DNA from: an uncultured delta proteobacterium
GTDB lineage: Bacteria > Desulfobacterota > Binatia > UBA9968
Assembly (NCBI GenBank): GCA_963745035.1
Contig: CAVUVW010000017.1
Location: forward strand, 256,001 to 320,000
Direction of reading: 5' to 3'
DNA length: 64,000 nucleotides
The position numbers were made by a program, and so were the translations under genes. Positions 20,844 through 30,909 of the stretch are shown in pieces (the first letter of the stretch is position 1; the number at the start of each line of letters is the position of its first letter). The notes under the pieces are model-generated. The model was given only the letters and a program-made list of their open reading frames with translations. It did no database searches and was not told the origin of the DNA.

Positions 20844-21971
20844 TCACCCAAGCGCCTCAACCGCATCCCGACTCGAATCGAAAGTAATTGCCTGATTCTC
20901 GCTTCGAAAGACGCCCACGGGATCCTTGCCCTGGGCTACCGCGTCGATGGACTCACGGATCATTTTTCGCAGCATCAGGATGCCCTGATCCGAGGTCGCC
21001 AGATGTTCCTTGGTCCGGTCGGCGATGGCGCCTTGGGTTTCTTGAGCGACGCGGTCTTGCTCGCGGTTGGGCAAATTCCACCAGCCGTCCTGTACCCGCT
21101 CGTAAACTCCGGGTTGATCCTTTTTGAAACCGCGGATCTTTAACGGCTCGGGCCGAGTCGGCTTTCCATCTTTGTGAGGATAAAAGTCGATCCAAAAAGT
21201 CGTGGTCGTCGTATCGTCCGTCGGCACCCGGAAGCGCATCACCTGGCGCGGCTGTTCGCCGACGCGCGCCGCAGAGTGTCGCACGTGCGAGGGAAAGACG
21301 AAATGTGTGACTCTCGGCTTTGTCACTCCTTCGACCCACGTTGTTTCTCGAATGCCGACTCGGGTCGGCTCCCATTTGATCGTCGGCCGCTTCATCGCCA
21401 TGTTCGGATAGCCCGCTGCATGTAAGGCGATCGAATGCGCGCCGTCGGAAGAATTTTCCGCGCGCTGCAGCCAATTGCAAAATTCCTCCCCGCCGCCAAC
21501 GACGCGGCAGCCGTCATCGCGCACAAGCAAGTCGTATTGAGGTAATAGCGGCGCCGGTTCCGGGCCGATGTAGGCAAAGATGAGACCGCCGGCGTCACTC
21601 GCGTGAAAGGCGGGATGCTGAATACGATCCTTGAATGTGCTGCCTTCCGGCTCAGCCGGCTGCTCCAGGCACTTGCCGGCGCGGTCATAGAGCCAACCGT
21701 GATAGCAGCAGCGGATGCCGTTGTCCTCGACCCTGCCGAATTCCAGAGAAGTGCCGCGGTGGGAACAATGAAGCTCGAGCAACCCCAGGTTGCCGCCGCT
21801 GTCTCGGAACAATACGAACTCGTTGCCCAGTAGTCGCACTTTGGTGGGCGGCCCCTTGGTTTTCACCGAATCGGTGAACGCCACCGGCCACCAGTATCGC
21901 CTCAACATCTCGCCGGCCGGCGTGCCCGGACCGACGCGGGTCAGCAGTTCGTTTTCTTCTTTGGACAACAT
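20844..21971 (-). CDS. Rieske non-heme iron oxygenase alpha subunit (phthalate 4,5-dioxygenase-like), type B2
   Basis: MLSKEENELLTRVGPGTP; CSHRG…CCYHG Rieske ligands; ENSSDGAHSIALH and QDRVAQE mononuclear Fe site; EHLATSD. Confidence 0.92.
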   Translation of the reverse strand: MLSKEENELLTRVGPGTPAGEMLRRYWWPVAFTDSVKTKGPPTKVRLLGNEFVLFRDSGGNLGLLELHCSHRGTSLEFGRVEDNGIRCCYHGWLYDRAGKCLEQPAEPEGSTFKDRIQHPAFHASDAGGLIFAYIGPEPAPLLPQYDLLVRDDGCRVVGGGEEFCNWLQRAENSSDGAHSIALHAAGYPNMAMKRPTIKWEPTRVGIRETTWVEGVTKPRVTHFVFPSHVRHSAARVGEQPRQVMRFRVPTDDTTTTTFWIDFYPHKDGKPTRPEPLKIRGFKKDQPGVYERVQDGWWNLPNREQDRVAQETQGAIADRTKEHLATSDQGILMLRKMIRESIDAVAQGKDPVGVFRSENQAITFDSSRDAVEALG

Positions 21972-21987
21972 GGATCGCTCCAATTTT

Positions 21988-22060
21988 TGGAGTGATGGAG
22001 TATTGGAGTATTGGATCGGAAGACCCAGCACTTCAACACTCCTCCACTCCATTACTCCAA
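21988..22060. repeat. Inverted 8-bp (TGGAGTAT/ATTACTCC) tandem-repeat element
   Basis: TGGAGTGA TGGAGTAT TGGAGTAT TGGA … CACTCC ATTACTCCAA. Confidence 0.8.
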
Positions 22061-22069
22061 TTCCTCTTT

Positions 22070-23144
22070 TTATTGTTTCAGCATTTTTGTGAGTTCTTCC
22101 TTGAACTCCAACCCGCTGTCTTCGCCTTGCAGATAGAAAGCGATCGAATCTTTCGCCTCCTGAAGCTTGATCGGATTGCTGCGCAGGTACTTCGCCATTC
22201 TCGTGCCTTCTACCAGGTGCGAAGAGCGAAAGTCGAGCTTGTCGAGGATCGCCTGCGCTTCCTGGGACGCCATGAAACCGACAAACAGCTTCGCGAGGTT
22301 AGGATGGGCCGAGTTTTTCGGCACGCCGAGCTGAAAGTAGGAGGGCAGCACCGGGGTCGAGGCCATCACCGCCACGAGGGGCGCGCCTTTGGCTTGCCAT
22401 TGCCACATCTGCTCCACGGCGCCGCCCATATTGGCCGCGATGGGAAACTCGCCGCTCACAACGCGCTCTTCCTCGCTGTAACGAAGCCGCCCGCCGCTTA
22501 AAGCCACCAGTTTGCGCGTGAAATCCTTGACCTTCTCTTCGCTCCAGATCATCGACAGCTCAACCAGCCAGGAAACATAGGGCGGGATCGCGAGTTTCTT
22601 GGCCCAGGTCGGGCTCAACTTCGGGTCCACCAGATCTTCGTAGCTCTTCGGCGCTTTCTCTTTGGATATCAGCTTGGAGTTGTAGATGATTCCTCTAAGC
22701 GAGGTGAAGACCAGCAACCCTTCTCTGGGAAAAATCTCCATGGGTTTGGAGATCCACGGAAAGACGCCCGACCAGTCGACTTGCTCCAGGGCCTTTTCCT
22801 TGTGGAGCAGGGCGAAGTGCGATTGCGATCCATGATAGAGATCAGTCGACGTCTTGGCGCCGCTCTTTTGTTCCGTGATCACCCGCGCCGCCATGGCGTT
22901 CATTTCCGGTCCCGCGGCGAAACGGATCTTCATATTGAGGCCGAATCGTTTGTTGAAGGCCCCTTCCAGCACAGCCAGCGTCTTGGCGCCGCCGAAGGTC
23001 TGCGCGCCTGCTATGAAAGTCAGCTCGGGTTCCTTTTTGGCCCCGGCGATCAGTTGATCCAGAGTCTCTGCAGCGACCGCCAGAGCTAATCGAAACCAGC
23101 GGAAACAAAACGAACAGTAGCGCAGCGCGCATGCACTTGCTCAT
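22070..23144 (-). CDS. ABC solute-binding protein, copy 2 (frameshift ~23085)
   Basis: Signal peptide MSKCMRAALLFVLF in a neighbouring frame; body closely resembles the SBP at 25736. Confidence 0.82.
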
Positions 23145-23207
23145 TAAAGGCTCCGATCGTGTCCCCAACGGTTTGAACGTTTTGAACTGCTTGAACGATT
23201 TGAACGT

Positions 23208-24363
23208 TTAATCGAGTCGTTCTTCATACGGCTTCAGTCGAATCAATTCATTCTTCGCCGGGTCGCGCACGACGCCGATTGGATCGCCGCCGTTTTTGAC
23301 CGACTCGATGGAGTCCTTGTACAAACGCCGCAGCAAAATGACACCGCGGTCGGTGTAGGCCAGATGCTCGTTGCTGCGGTCGTAGATCGCGCCCTGGCTT
23401 TCCTGCGCCACGCGGTCCTGGTCACCGCGGGCAAACCAGCCAATCGACTCGTCCCAGCGGTAGACGCCACGCTTGCTTTCGATGAGGCCGGCCGCCGACT
23501 CGTCTTTCATGATTTTCGCCACTGGCTTGCCGTCCACGACGGCGCCGAACTCCACAGTGAAATGCATGGTGTGGCTATCGTCGATCGGCACGCGCCAGCG
23601 CATCACCTCGCCCGAGCTGCTCGCCTGGTGCTCGCCGGGATGGCCTTCTTCGACGTTGCCGGTCTTGTTCATCGTCGGCATGACAAAAAAATTGACGTGG
23701 GCATAGCGCTTCCCGTCTGCGACCCGGCGCGTGTAGGTATTGAGCACGCCGTATTCGAAAGCTTGCGGATTGATCTCGCCGTCGTCCCAGGCCGGCGTCG
23801 CCGCAGTGCGATGGAGCCAGCGCAGATGGTTCTGGTCGACGGAGTTTTCGATCATTTGAAAGAAGTTGCAATTCACCGTGCGCGCGCGGCGGGCGCGCAC
23901 GCCGTCTTCGCGGACGAGCACGTCCCAACGCGGCAGCAACGTGGCCGGCTCGGGTCCGAGATACGCGAACAGCACGCCGCCCAGCTCCTGAACTTTGTAT
24001 GAAGGATGGCGCAGGCGCTGCCAAAAGGTGCTGTCGGCAGGCTCGCCCGGCATTTCCAAAATCTTTCCTTCGATATCGTAGAGCCAGCCGTGATAACAGC
24101 AGCGCAAGCCACCGTCCTCCATGTGGCCAAACTCCAACGAGGTCCCCCGGTGCGAGCAGCGCATCTGTAGAAGGCCGTACCTGACCCTTGTCGTCCCGGA
24201 ACAACACGAGGTCTTCGCCCAGTATCCTGCGCTTCAAGGGGCGATTCTTTAGTTCCGCGGCAAAGGCGATCGGATGCCAATAGCGCCGCAGCATCTCTCC
24301 TGCGGGCGTTCCCGGTCCGACGCGCGTGAAATAATCGTTTTCTTCTTTGGACAACATCGACAC
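23208..24363 (-). CDS. Rieske oxygenase alpha subunit, type A2 (frameshift ~24175)
   Basis: MLSKEENDYFTRVGPGTP… then RCSHRG…CCYHG; ENSVDQNHLRWLH; GDQDRVAQE. Confidence 0.88.
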
Positions 24364-24478
24364 GCCTCAGAATTTTGGATTTTCGATTTTGGATTGCCGG
24401 ATCGGTCAGGCTGAATCCGCGTAAAATCTCCGAAACGTTTTGAACGGCTTGAACATTTTGAACGTATTTGAACCTCCA

Positions 24479-25612
24479 TTAAGTTAGCGGCCCGATCTCC
24501 TGCATGCTTGCGTCGAACGTGATTTGTTGATTCTGCGCGGGGTCTCTGAGGGTCCAGATCGGATCCCTTCCCTGCAGCGCCGCATCGATGGAATCTTTGA
24601 TCATCGTGCGCAACATGATGACGCCTTCGTCCGACGCGCCGAGATGCTCCTTCGTCCGGTCATAGATCGGGCCTTGGCTCTCCTGCGCCACGCGATCTTG
24701 ATCGCTGGATGCAATGCCCCACCAGCCGTCGTCGACGCGCTCGTAAACTCCCGGCTGGTCGTTCTCGAATCCCACGGTTTTGACGACGAGGGGCTTATCT
24801 TTGTCGTTCTCCGCGTGAGGATAGAACCGCAACCAGAAAGTTTTTGTGTTGGTATCGTCCACCGGGACGCGAAAGCGAATCGCGTGGTCTGGAATGCGCC
24901 CGACGCGCGCAGTGGTATGCCGCGTGTGGGACGGAAAAATCCAGTGGGAAAACTTCGGCTTGGTCACTCCGGGAACGTGCATGGAAATTTTCGCGCCGTA
25001 TGGCTTCCGCTCCCAGCCGATAACCGGGCGTTTCAACGCCATATGCGGATACTCGGGCGCATGCAGCGCCACGAGATGAGTCTGATCGACGGAATTCTCG
25101 GCACGCTGCAGCCAGTTGCAATAATCATGACCCGCGCCGATATGGCGCTCGCCGTCTTCGCGCGAGAACAGATCGTAGTTGGGCAGCAAGGGGGCGGGTT
25201 CGGGGCCGATGTAGGCAAAAATAAATCCAGCGATTTCCTGCGCCTTATAGGCCGGATGCTGCACGCGCTTGGTGAAAGTGCTGTCGGCGGGTTCAGCGGG
25301 TTGCTCCAGACACTGGCCGCGGGTGTCGTAAAGCCAACCATGGTAACAGCAGCGAATGCCAGCGTCTTCCACCCGGCCGAATTCCAAAGATGTGCCGCGA
25401 TGCGAGCAATGCAGCGCCAGCAAACCGAGCTGGTTGTTGCCGTCCCGAAAAAGCACAAGATCTTCGCCGAGCAGGCGGGCTTTGGTCGGCTGGCCGTTCT
25501 TTCTCACAAGCTCGGAAAAACCCACCGGCCACCAGTAGCGCCGTAACATTTCACCGCCCGGTGTGCCACGGCCAACGCGGGTCAGCATTTCATTTTCTTC
25601 TTTGGACAGCAT
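24479..25612 (-). CDS. Rieske oxygenase alpha subunit, type B1
   Basis: CSHRG…CCYHG; ENSVDQTHLVALH; DQPGVYERVDDGWW shared with 20844-21971. Confidence 0.93.
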   Translation of the reverse strand: MLSKEENEMLTRVGRGTPGGEMLRRYWWPVGFSELVRKNGQPTKARLLGEDLVLFRDGNNQLGLLALHCSHRGTSLEFGRVEDAGIRCCYHGWLYDTRGQCLEQPAEPADSTFTKRVQHPAYKAQEIAGFIFAYIGPEPAPLLPNYDLFSREDGERHIGAGHDYCNWLQRAENSVDQTHLVALHAPEYPHMALKRPVIGWERKPYGAKISMHVPGVTKPKFSHWIFPSHTRHTTARVGRIPDHAIRFRVPVDDTNTKTFWLRFYPHAENDKDKPLVVKTVGFENDQPGVYERVDDGWWGIASSDQDRVAQESQGPIYDRTKEHLGASDEGVIMLRTMIKDSIDAALQGRDPIWTLRDPAQNQQITFDASMQEIGPLT

Positions 25613-25648
25613 GTTCCGTCTCCAATGGCTCGCGGCGATCCTTGATAA

Positions 25649-25725
25649 GGAGTAATGGAGTGTTGGAGTATTGGAGTGTTGGATCGGAAACCCAGCACTC
25701 CAACACTCCTTTACTCCATCACTCC
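25649..25725. repeat. Inverted 8-bp tandem-repeat element
   Basis: GGAGTAAT GGAGTGTT GGAGTATT GGAGTGTT GGA … CACTCCAA CACTCC…TACTCCAT CACTCC. Confidence 0.82.
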
Positions 25726-25735
25726 GATGCGGTTC

Positions 25736-26823
25736 TTACTGTTTCAGAATCTTCGCCAGCTCCGCCTTGAATTGCAGCCCTTCGTCGGTTTCACCCTTGA
25801 GATAGTAGTCAATGGATTCCTTCGGCTCCTGCACCTGGATGCGGTTGTCCTTGAGGTATTTCTGCATGGTCGTTCCTTCCACTAGGTGTGAGCTGCGCGA
25901 CTCGTGTTTTTGCAGAATCGCTTGCGCCTCTTTGGTCACCATGAACGCGACAAACAGCTTTGCCAGATTAGGATGGGCGGCATTCCTCGGCACGCTGAGT
26001 TGGAAATAATCAGTATTGATCGGCGATGTTCCGGGCACCGCCACGATCGGCGCGCCTTTCGCCTGCCACGTCCACATGGCGCCCAAAGCGTCACCGAGAT
26101 TCGCCATCACCGGAAATTCGCCGCTGACGATGCGTTCCTCTTCGCTGTAGCGCAGTCGTCCTCCACTTAGCGCCACGAGCTTGCGCGCGAAGTCCTTAAC
26201 TTTCTCGTTACCCCAGTTGAGGGACAGCTCCGCCAGCCAGGCGACGTAGGGCGGTATCGCCAACTTTCCCGCCCAGGTCGGGCTTAGGCGCGGGTCGACG
26301 AGATCCAGGTAGCTTTTCGGCGCTTTGTCTTTAGGAATCAAGTTGACATTGTAGATGATGCCATTCGGCGAAGTGTAAACCAGCACAGCTTCGTTGGGAT
26401 AAATCTCCATCTCCTTGGTCACCCATGGGAATAGGCCCGCGTAATTGACTTTCTCCAGAGCCTTTTCCACGTGCATCAATGCCTGATGCGATTGCGAGCC
26501 GAGAAAGATATCCGAAGAGGGCTTGCGTCCCGACTTGATCTCCGTAATGTGGCGCGCCGCGCGCGCGTTCATATCCGGTCCCGCAGCGAAGTTGATGCGC
26601 GTCTTCAAGCCGAAGCGCCGATTGAAGGCGGCTTCCAGATCCGCAAGCCCTTTCCTGCCGCCGAAAGTCTGCGCGCCGGCGATAAAAGTGATTTCGTCCT
26701 CCTTTTTCGCTCCGGCGATGAGAGACTCGACGGTTTCCGCAGCGAGCCCCTGCGCAGCCATAAGTAAGAAGATGATGAAATAAAAAGAACAACTCGCACG
26801 AAGGCGCCAAGCACGCCATGCAT
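25736..26823 (-). CDS. ABC solute-binding protein, copy 1 (start uncertain, probable frameshift ~26785)
   Basis: AGAKKEDEI, IIYNVN, APKSYLDL, SGEFP, AKLFVAFM. The upstream part of the 506-aa ORF is read-through of repeat and Rieske DNA. Confidence 0.82.
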
Positions 26824-26839
26824 AAACCGAATTACAAAC

Positions 26840-26980
26840 TCGAAATCCGAAATTCGAAATCCGAAACAATTTCAAATGATCAAAACTGAGGAAATTCCAA
26901 ACAAGCCCGTTTTGAACTCCGTAACTAGGTTTCCCGGTCTTCGGGTTTGTTTCGGATTTCGAGATTCGGATTTCGGATTT
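26840..26980. repeat. Inverted 7-bp (CGAAATC/GATTTCG) tandem-repeat element
   Basis: TCGAAATC CGAAATT CGAAATC CGAAACAA … TTGTTTCG GATTTCG AGATTCG GATTTCG GATTT; related single arms at 24372-24395 and 60632-60665. Confidence 0.85.
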
Positions 26981-26987
26981 ATTTAGC

Positions 26988-28163
26988 CTATTCATGGACA
27001 GCCTCACTCTTTGGGTCGAGTTTATATTCAGCCGGAACCCAACGGAGGATTTGGTTCTTGGCGGGATCGCGAATAATTCCAATCGGGTCTTCGCCCCGCT
27101 GCACGGCTTCGATGGACTGCTTGAACATCTTGCGCAGTAAAATGACGCCTTCATCCGACACGCCGAGGTGCTCTTGCGTGCGATCGAAGATCGCGCCCTG
27201 GCTCTCCTGGGCGCAGCGGTCTTGATCGCCCCGGGCGATCCAACCCGTCTCTTCATCCCAGCGGTACTGGCCGTGCACGCTGTCGAGCAGTCCTTTCTCG
27301 GATTGATCCGCCGGTATCTTCGCTGCCTTGCCGTCGATCAACGGTGCGAAATAGAGGGTGAAATGCATCGTATTGGTATCATCGATGGGCACACGCCAGC
27401 GCAGCGCCTCGTAGCCTTCGTGTGTCGCGGCAAACGCCGCCGGATGGTCCTCCGGCAGGTGATAACCAACTTTGTTCATGTTAGGCATCAGGAACAGACT
27501 GATTGTCCGGAAAGATTCATCGCCGACTCGGCGCGTGAACGTATCGCGAATGCCGAACTCGGTCGGATCGGAAGTAAGCTTCTCGTCTCGCCAAAAGCGG
27601 GTCTTGGGCGTGCGATGCAGCCACTTGAAATGGTGCTGGTCGACGCTGTTCTCGACCATCTGCAAAAAATTGCAGTGGACGACACGCCCGCTGAGCGAGC
27701 GCACGCCGTCCTCGCGCACCAGCACATCGTAGCGCGGCAGGAGCGGCGCCGGTTCCGGACCGAGATACGCGAACACGATTCCCGCCAATTCCTGTACTTT
27801 GTAAGCCGGATGAGTGACTCGTTGGCGGAATGTGCTGTCCGCCGGCTCACCGGGGGTTTCAAGGATTTTCCCGTCAACGTCATAAAGCCAGCCGTGATAG
27901 CAGCAGCGAAGTCCGCCGTTTTCGACGTGGCCGAACTCCAACGATGTGCCGCGATGCATGCAGTACAACGCCAGTAAACCGACGCGGCCCTTATCATCGC
28001 GAAACAGCACTAAATCTTCGCCGAGAAGACGTCTTTTAATCGGCCGATTTTTTAACTCGCTGCTGAAGCCCAAGGGATGCCAATAGCGGCGCAACATCTC
28101 GCCGCCGGGCGTCCCCTTGCCCACCCGCGTCAACGTTTCGTTTTCTTCACGACTCAATGCCAT
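26988..28163 (-). CDS. Rieske oxygenase alpha subunit, type A1
   Basis: MALSREENETLTRVGKGTP; CMHRG…CCYHG; ENSVDQHHFKWLH; RWDEETGWIARGDQDR shared with 23208-24363. Confidence 0.93.
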   Translation of the reverse strand: MALSREENETLTRVGKGTPGGEMLRRYWHPLGFSSELKNRPIKRRLLGEDLVLFRDDKGRVGLLALYCMHRGTSLEFGHVENGGLRCCYHGWLYDVDGKILETPGEPADSTFRQRVTHPAYKVQELAGIVFAYLGPEPAPLLPRYDVLVREDGVRSLSGRVVHCNFLQMVENSVDQHHFKWLHRTPKTRFWRDEKLTSDPTEFGIRDTFTRRVGDESFRTISLFLMPNMNKVGYHLPEDHPAAFAATHEGYEALRWRVPIDDTNTMHFTLYFAPLIDGKAAKIPADQSEKGLLDSVHGQYRWDEETGWIARGDQDRCAQESQGAIFDRTQEHLGVSDEGVILLRKMFKQSIEAVQRGEDPIGIIRDPAKNQILRWVPAEYKLDPKSEAVHE

Positions 28164-28267
28164 GATTCGCTCCTTTGCTCTCCGCCGGCACGGCGGCAGG
28201 CGGCAATTTTGAGCTGCGAACCCCCGCCTTTTCGGCAATTATTGCGCCGCTAAGATCAGGCGAGGCG

Positions 28268-28297
28268 AAAATATCCGACAGTCGAGTTTACTGTCAA
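28268..28297 (-). promoter_or_regulatory. Putative sigma70 promoter of the Rieske/ABC operon with overlapping palindrome
   Basis: Minus strand TTGACA (28297-28292) then TATTTT 18 nt later; perfect GACAGT-N7-ACTGTC at 28277-28295. Confidence 0.5.
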
Positions 28298-28417
28298 ATG
28301 AACAAGAACTCGGTAGCGAATCGAGGTGAGGAGTCTGAGAGTCGCGCCGGCAGGACGGTCCAATGTGCGAACTGTGTTCGAGGTGTCCGTCAGCATCGTA
28401 GCGGCGTCAATGACCGG

Positions 28418-29515
28418 TCACGCCGCCTTGAACGCGGATGTCACTTTTTGATGACCGCCATTCTCGGCGTATTCTTCCTCATAGTAGAGGCCGAGCGCGC
28501 TCAGCACCGGCAGATCTTGAATGGAGAACAACACCGCATCCGCGTCCTTGGAAGCATTGGCATGCTCGTGCAGCGCCCAGGGCGGAATCGCGAGAATATC
28601 GCCCTTGCCCCAATCGAAGCGCTGGCCGTCGATGATGGTCGCACCTTCGCCCCGAACGACGTGGTAGACCGCGCTGCCGGTATGGCGGTGCGCCTTGGTA
28701 TGCTCGCCGGGCCGCAGGAGCTGGATCATGCACGCCAGCGTCGGCAATACCGGTCCGCCGGTCTGTGGATGGCGGTATTCGAGCAGGACGCCGTCGTGCG
28801 CGCTGCCGTCGTGGTTGCGCAAGGAATTCAGTGCCTGCCACGCCTGCTCCCAGGAATATAGGAGCAGCGGCGACGATTGCCCTTTCTCTTTTACCCAGGT
28901 GGGTGTGATATGCGCGTGGCCGAACATTTGTCTGGAGGCATTGGCCGGACGGCTGGCCGGCACTTGCGCCGAAGAATAAAACTGGAAGAACATCGCTTCG
29001 AGGGACGCGACCAGCGGAATATCCAAACCGTCCATCCAGACGACGCGATCCTGAGTCTCGTTACCGTGGTCGTGCCAGGCCCAGCTCGGCGTCAAGATTA
29101 AGTCACCCGGCGCCATGTAAACGCGCTCGCCATCGACGGCGGTGTAAGCGCCGTTACCTTCGATAATAAAGCGAATCGCGGCCGGCGTATGGCGGTGCGC
29201 GCGCGCGACTTCGCCGGGGAGGAGAATCTGTACGGCGGCGATCAAATTGTTCGTCGTCGCCCAACGGCCACCCAGACCGGGGTTGAAAAGCTGCAATGCG
29301 CGCCGCTCATCGCCCACCGGCACGGCCCGAGCCGATTCCTCGATGATCGAATCGGTCACGGACCACGGCCACATGTGCGGAACCATTTTCGGCTGAGGAT
29401 TCGGCGTCATTTGGCTGGCCAGTTCCCACAAGCCGTACATGTTGTTGGCGTGCATGCGCCGGTGGAACGCTTCGCGAAACGCATCCCCTTCGGATTTCGG
29501 TTCGGGTTTGGCCAT
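28418..29515 (-). CDS. Gentisate 1,2-dioxygenase-like bicupin
   Basis: ERRALQLFNPG, ARAHRHTPAAIRF, TPSWAWHDHGN, WMDGLDIP, second cupin AHRHTGSAVYHV. Confidence 0.88.
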   Translation of the reverse strand: MAKPEPKSEGDAFREAFHRRMHANNMYGLWELASQMTPNPQPKMVPHMWPWSVTDSIIEESARAVPVGDERRALQLFNPGLGGRWATTNNLIAAVQILLPGEVARAHRHTPAAIRFIIEGNGAYTAVDGERVYMAPGDLILTPSWAWHDHGNETQDRVVWMDGLDIPLVASLEAMFFQFYSSAQVPASRPANASRQMFGHAHITPTWVKEKGQSSPLLLYSWEQAWQALNSLRNHDGSAHDGVLLEYRHPQTGGPVLPTLACMIQLLRPGEHTKAHRHTGSAVYHVVRGEGATIIDGQRFDWGKGDILAIPPWALHEHANASKDADAVLFSIQDLPVLSALGLYYEEEYAENGGHQKVTSAFKAA

Positions 29516-29712
29516 GAGCACCTCCTGAGCGATCGTCGGCCCATATGCGTCACTAAATTCCACACACGCGGCAGCCGAGATGTTAGTAGCGTATCCGACG
29601 GTCAGTCGCCATGTCAAATCAGCGGCCCGGCGAGCATGCAAGATCGCAGGCAAAATTCTTTCAGCAGCGCTATTGACCGGGGGCATTGTCGCCGTTACGC
29701 TGAATAAAGGAT

Positions 29713-30564
29713 ATGTTTCCCTATCGCGACGAAAACGAGACCCAGCGCGCGCCGTTTTTTACATGGGCGATCATCGCCCTGAACGTGTTGGCTTGGATTT
29801 TCGTTCAAGGGGCCGGATCGACGTTTGCTCTTGCCAAGTCCGTCTGCGAGCTCGGGCTCATCCCCGGCGAGCTGACCCTTTCACTCCCGCCCGGCACAAG
29901 CTTTCCGATGGGAGAAGGCCTCGCCTGCGCCACGGATCCCGGCCGCCAAGTCTCGCACGTGATCAGCTCGATGTTCCTACACGGATCCTGGATGCACATT
30001 CTCGGCAACATGTGGTTCCTCTGGATCTTCGGCAACAACATCGAAGACTCCATGGGACACCTGCGGTTCCTGGCTTTTTATTTAATTTGCGGACTCACCG
30101 CCGCCTTGGCCCAAGTTGTGACCACTCCCGATTCGCCCATTCCGATGGTCGGCGCGTCGGGCGCCATCAGCGGCGTCATGGGCGCCTACTTGTTTCTATT
30201 TCCGCGCGTGCGGGTTTATGCGCTGATCTTCCTGGGCATTTTCTTTACTTCCGTCGGCATGCCGGCCTGGGTGATGCTCGGCTACTGGTTTTTGATTCAA
30301 ATCATCAGCGGCGCCGTGAGCATCGGCGCCGAAGGTGGCGGCGTCGCCTTCTGGGCGCATGCCGGCGGCTTCCTTGCCGGCGTCGTGTTGATAAAATTCT
30401 TTACCCGGCCGCGATTACCTGGAAGCGCATCAGCGGCACCATTGGCGCCCGAGACGCCTGATGTACGAGTAAACGTGCGCGGCACGCAAAGTCGTCCGAA
30501 GAGGACAAGAACAACGTCAGACTCTAAAACGATCGGAGGTACGCCATGCCCATCGTCAGACTGA
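29713..30564 (+). CDS. Rhomboid family intramembrane serine protease
   Basis: MFLHGSWMHILGNM, VGASGAISG, AFWAHAGG. The C-terminus may be frameshifted (alternative stop ~30472). Confidence 0.9.
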   Translation: MFPYRDENETQRAPFFTWAIIALNVLAWIFVQGAGSTFALAKSVCELGLIPGELTLSLPPGTSFPMGEGLACATDPGRQVSHVISSMFLHGSWMHILGNMWFLWIFGNNIEDSMGHLRFLAFYLICGLTAALAQVVTTPDSPIPMVGASGAISGVMGAYLFLFPRVRVYALIFLGIFFTSVGMPAWVMLGYWFLIQIISGAVSIGAEGGGVAFWAHAGGFLAGVVLIKFFTRPRLPGSASAAPLAPETPDVRVNVRGTQSRPKRTRTTSDSKTIGGTPCPSSD

Positions 30565-30836
30565 TTTACGTCACGGTGAGAAACGATCAGGTGAAGCAAG
30601 CTATCGATCTCTGGAAGAATCATTGCGCCCCGCTGATGATCAAGCAGCCGGGCTGTTTATCCGAAAAGCTATTGGAATGCACCGACGCGCCGGGGGAGTT
30701 TATTTCCTATTCCGAGTGGGACAACCAGGAAAACATCGACAAATATCGCGATAGCGAGGCGCATGCGGAGATTCAAAAACACGCACGCGGCTTGCAGGGC
30801 GGCAGAGCAACGGTAAAGCGGTACGAGGTGAAATAG
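30546..30836 (+). CDS. Antibiotic biosynthesis monooxygenase (ABM) domain protein
   Basis: QPGCL, FISYSEWD, YRDSEAH; GGAGG RBS. Confidence 0.82.
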   Translation: MPIVRLIYVTVRNDQVKQAIDLWKNHCAPLMIKQPGCLSEKLLECTDAPGEFISYSEWDNQENIDKYRDSEAHAEIQKHARGLQGGRATVKRYEVK

Positions 30837-30846
30837 TCCAGAATAT

Positions 30847-30887
30847 CAGAACCGGCAGCCGCGTGACGACACGCGGCGCCGGTTCTG
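30847..30887. terminator. Strong hairpin between convergent genes
   Basis: CAGAACCGGC(A)GCCGCGTG-ACGA-CACGCGGCGCCGGTTCTG; no clear U-tract. Confidence 0.5.
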
Positions 30888-30909
30888 CGGCAGATTTGAA
30901 CTGGTGGGT

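Noticed and set aside
26824-27256. Long N-terminal extension of the 506-aa SBP ORF
   Set aside because: Translates repeat DNA (KSEIRISKSE…) and overlaps the Rieske gene off-frame.
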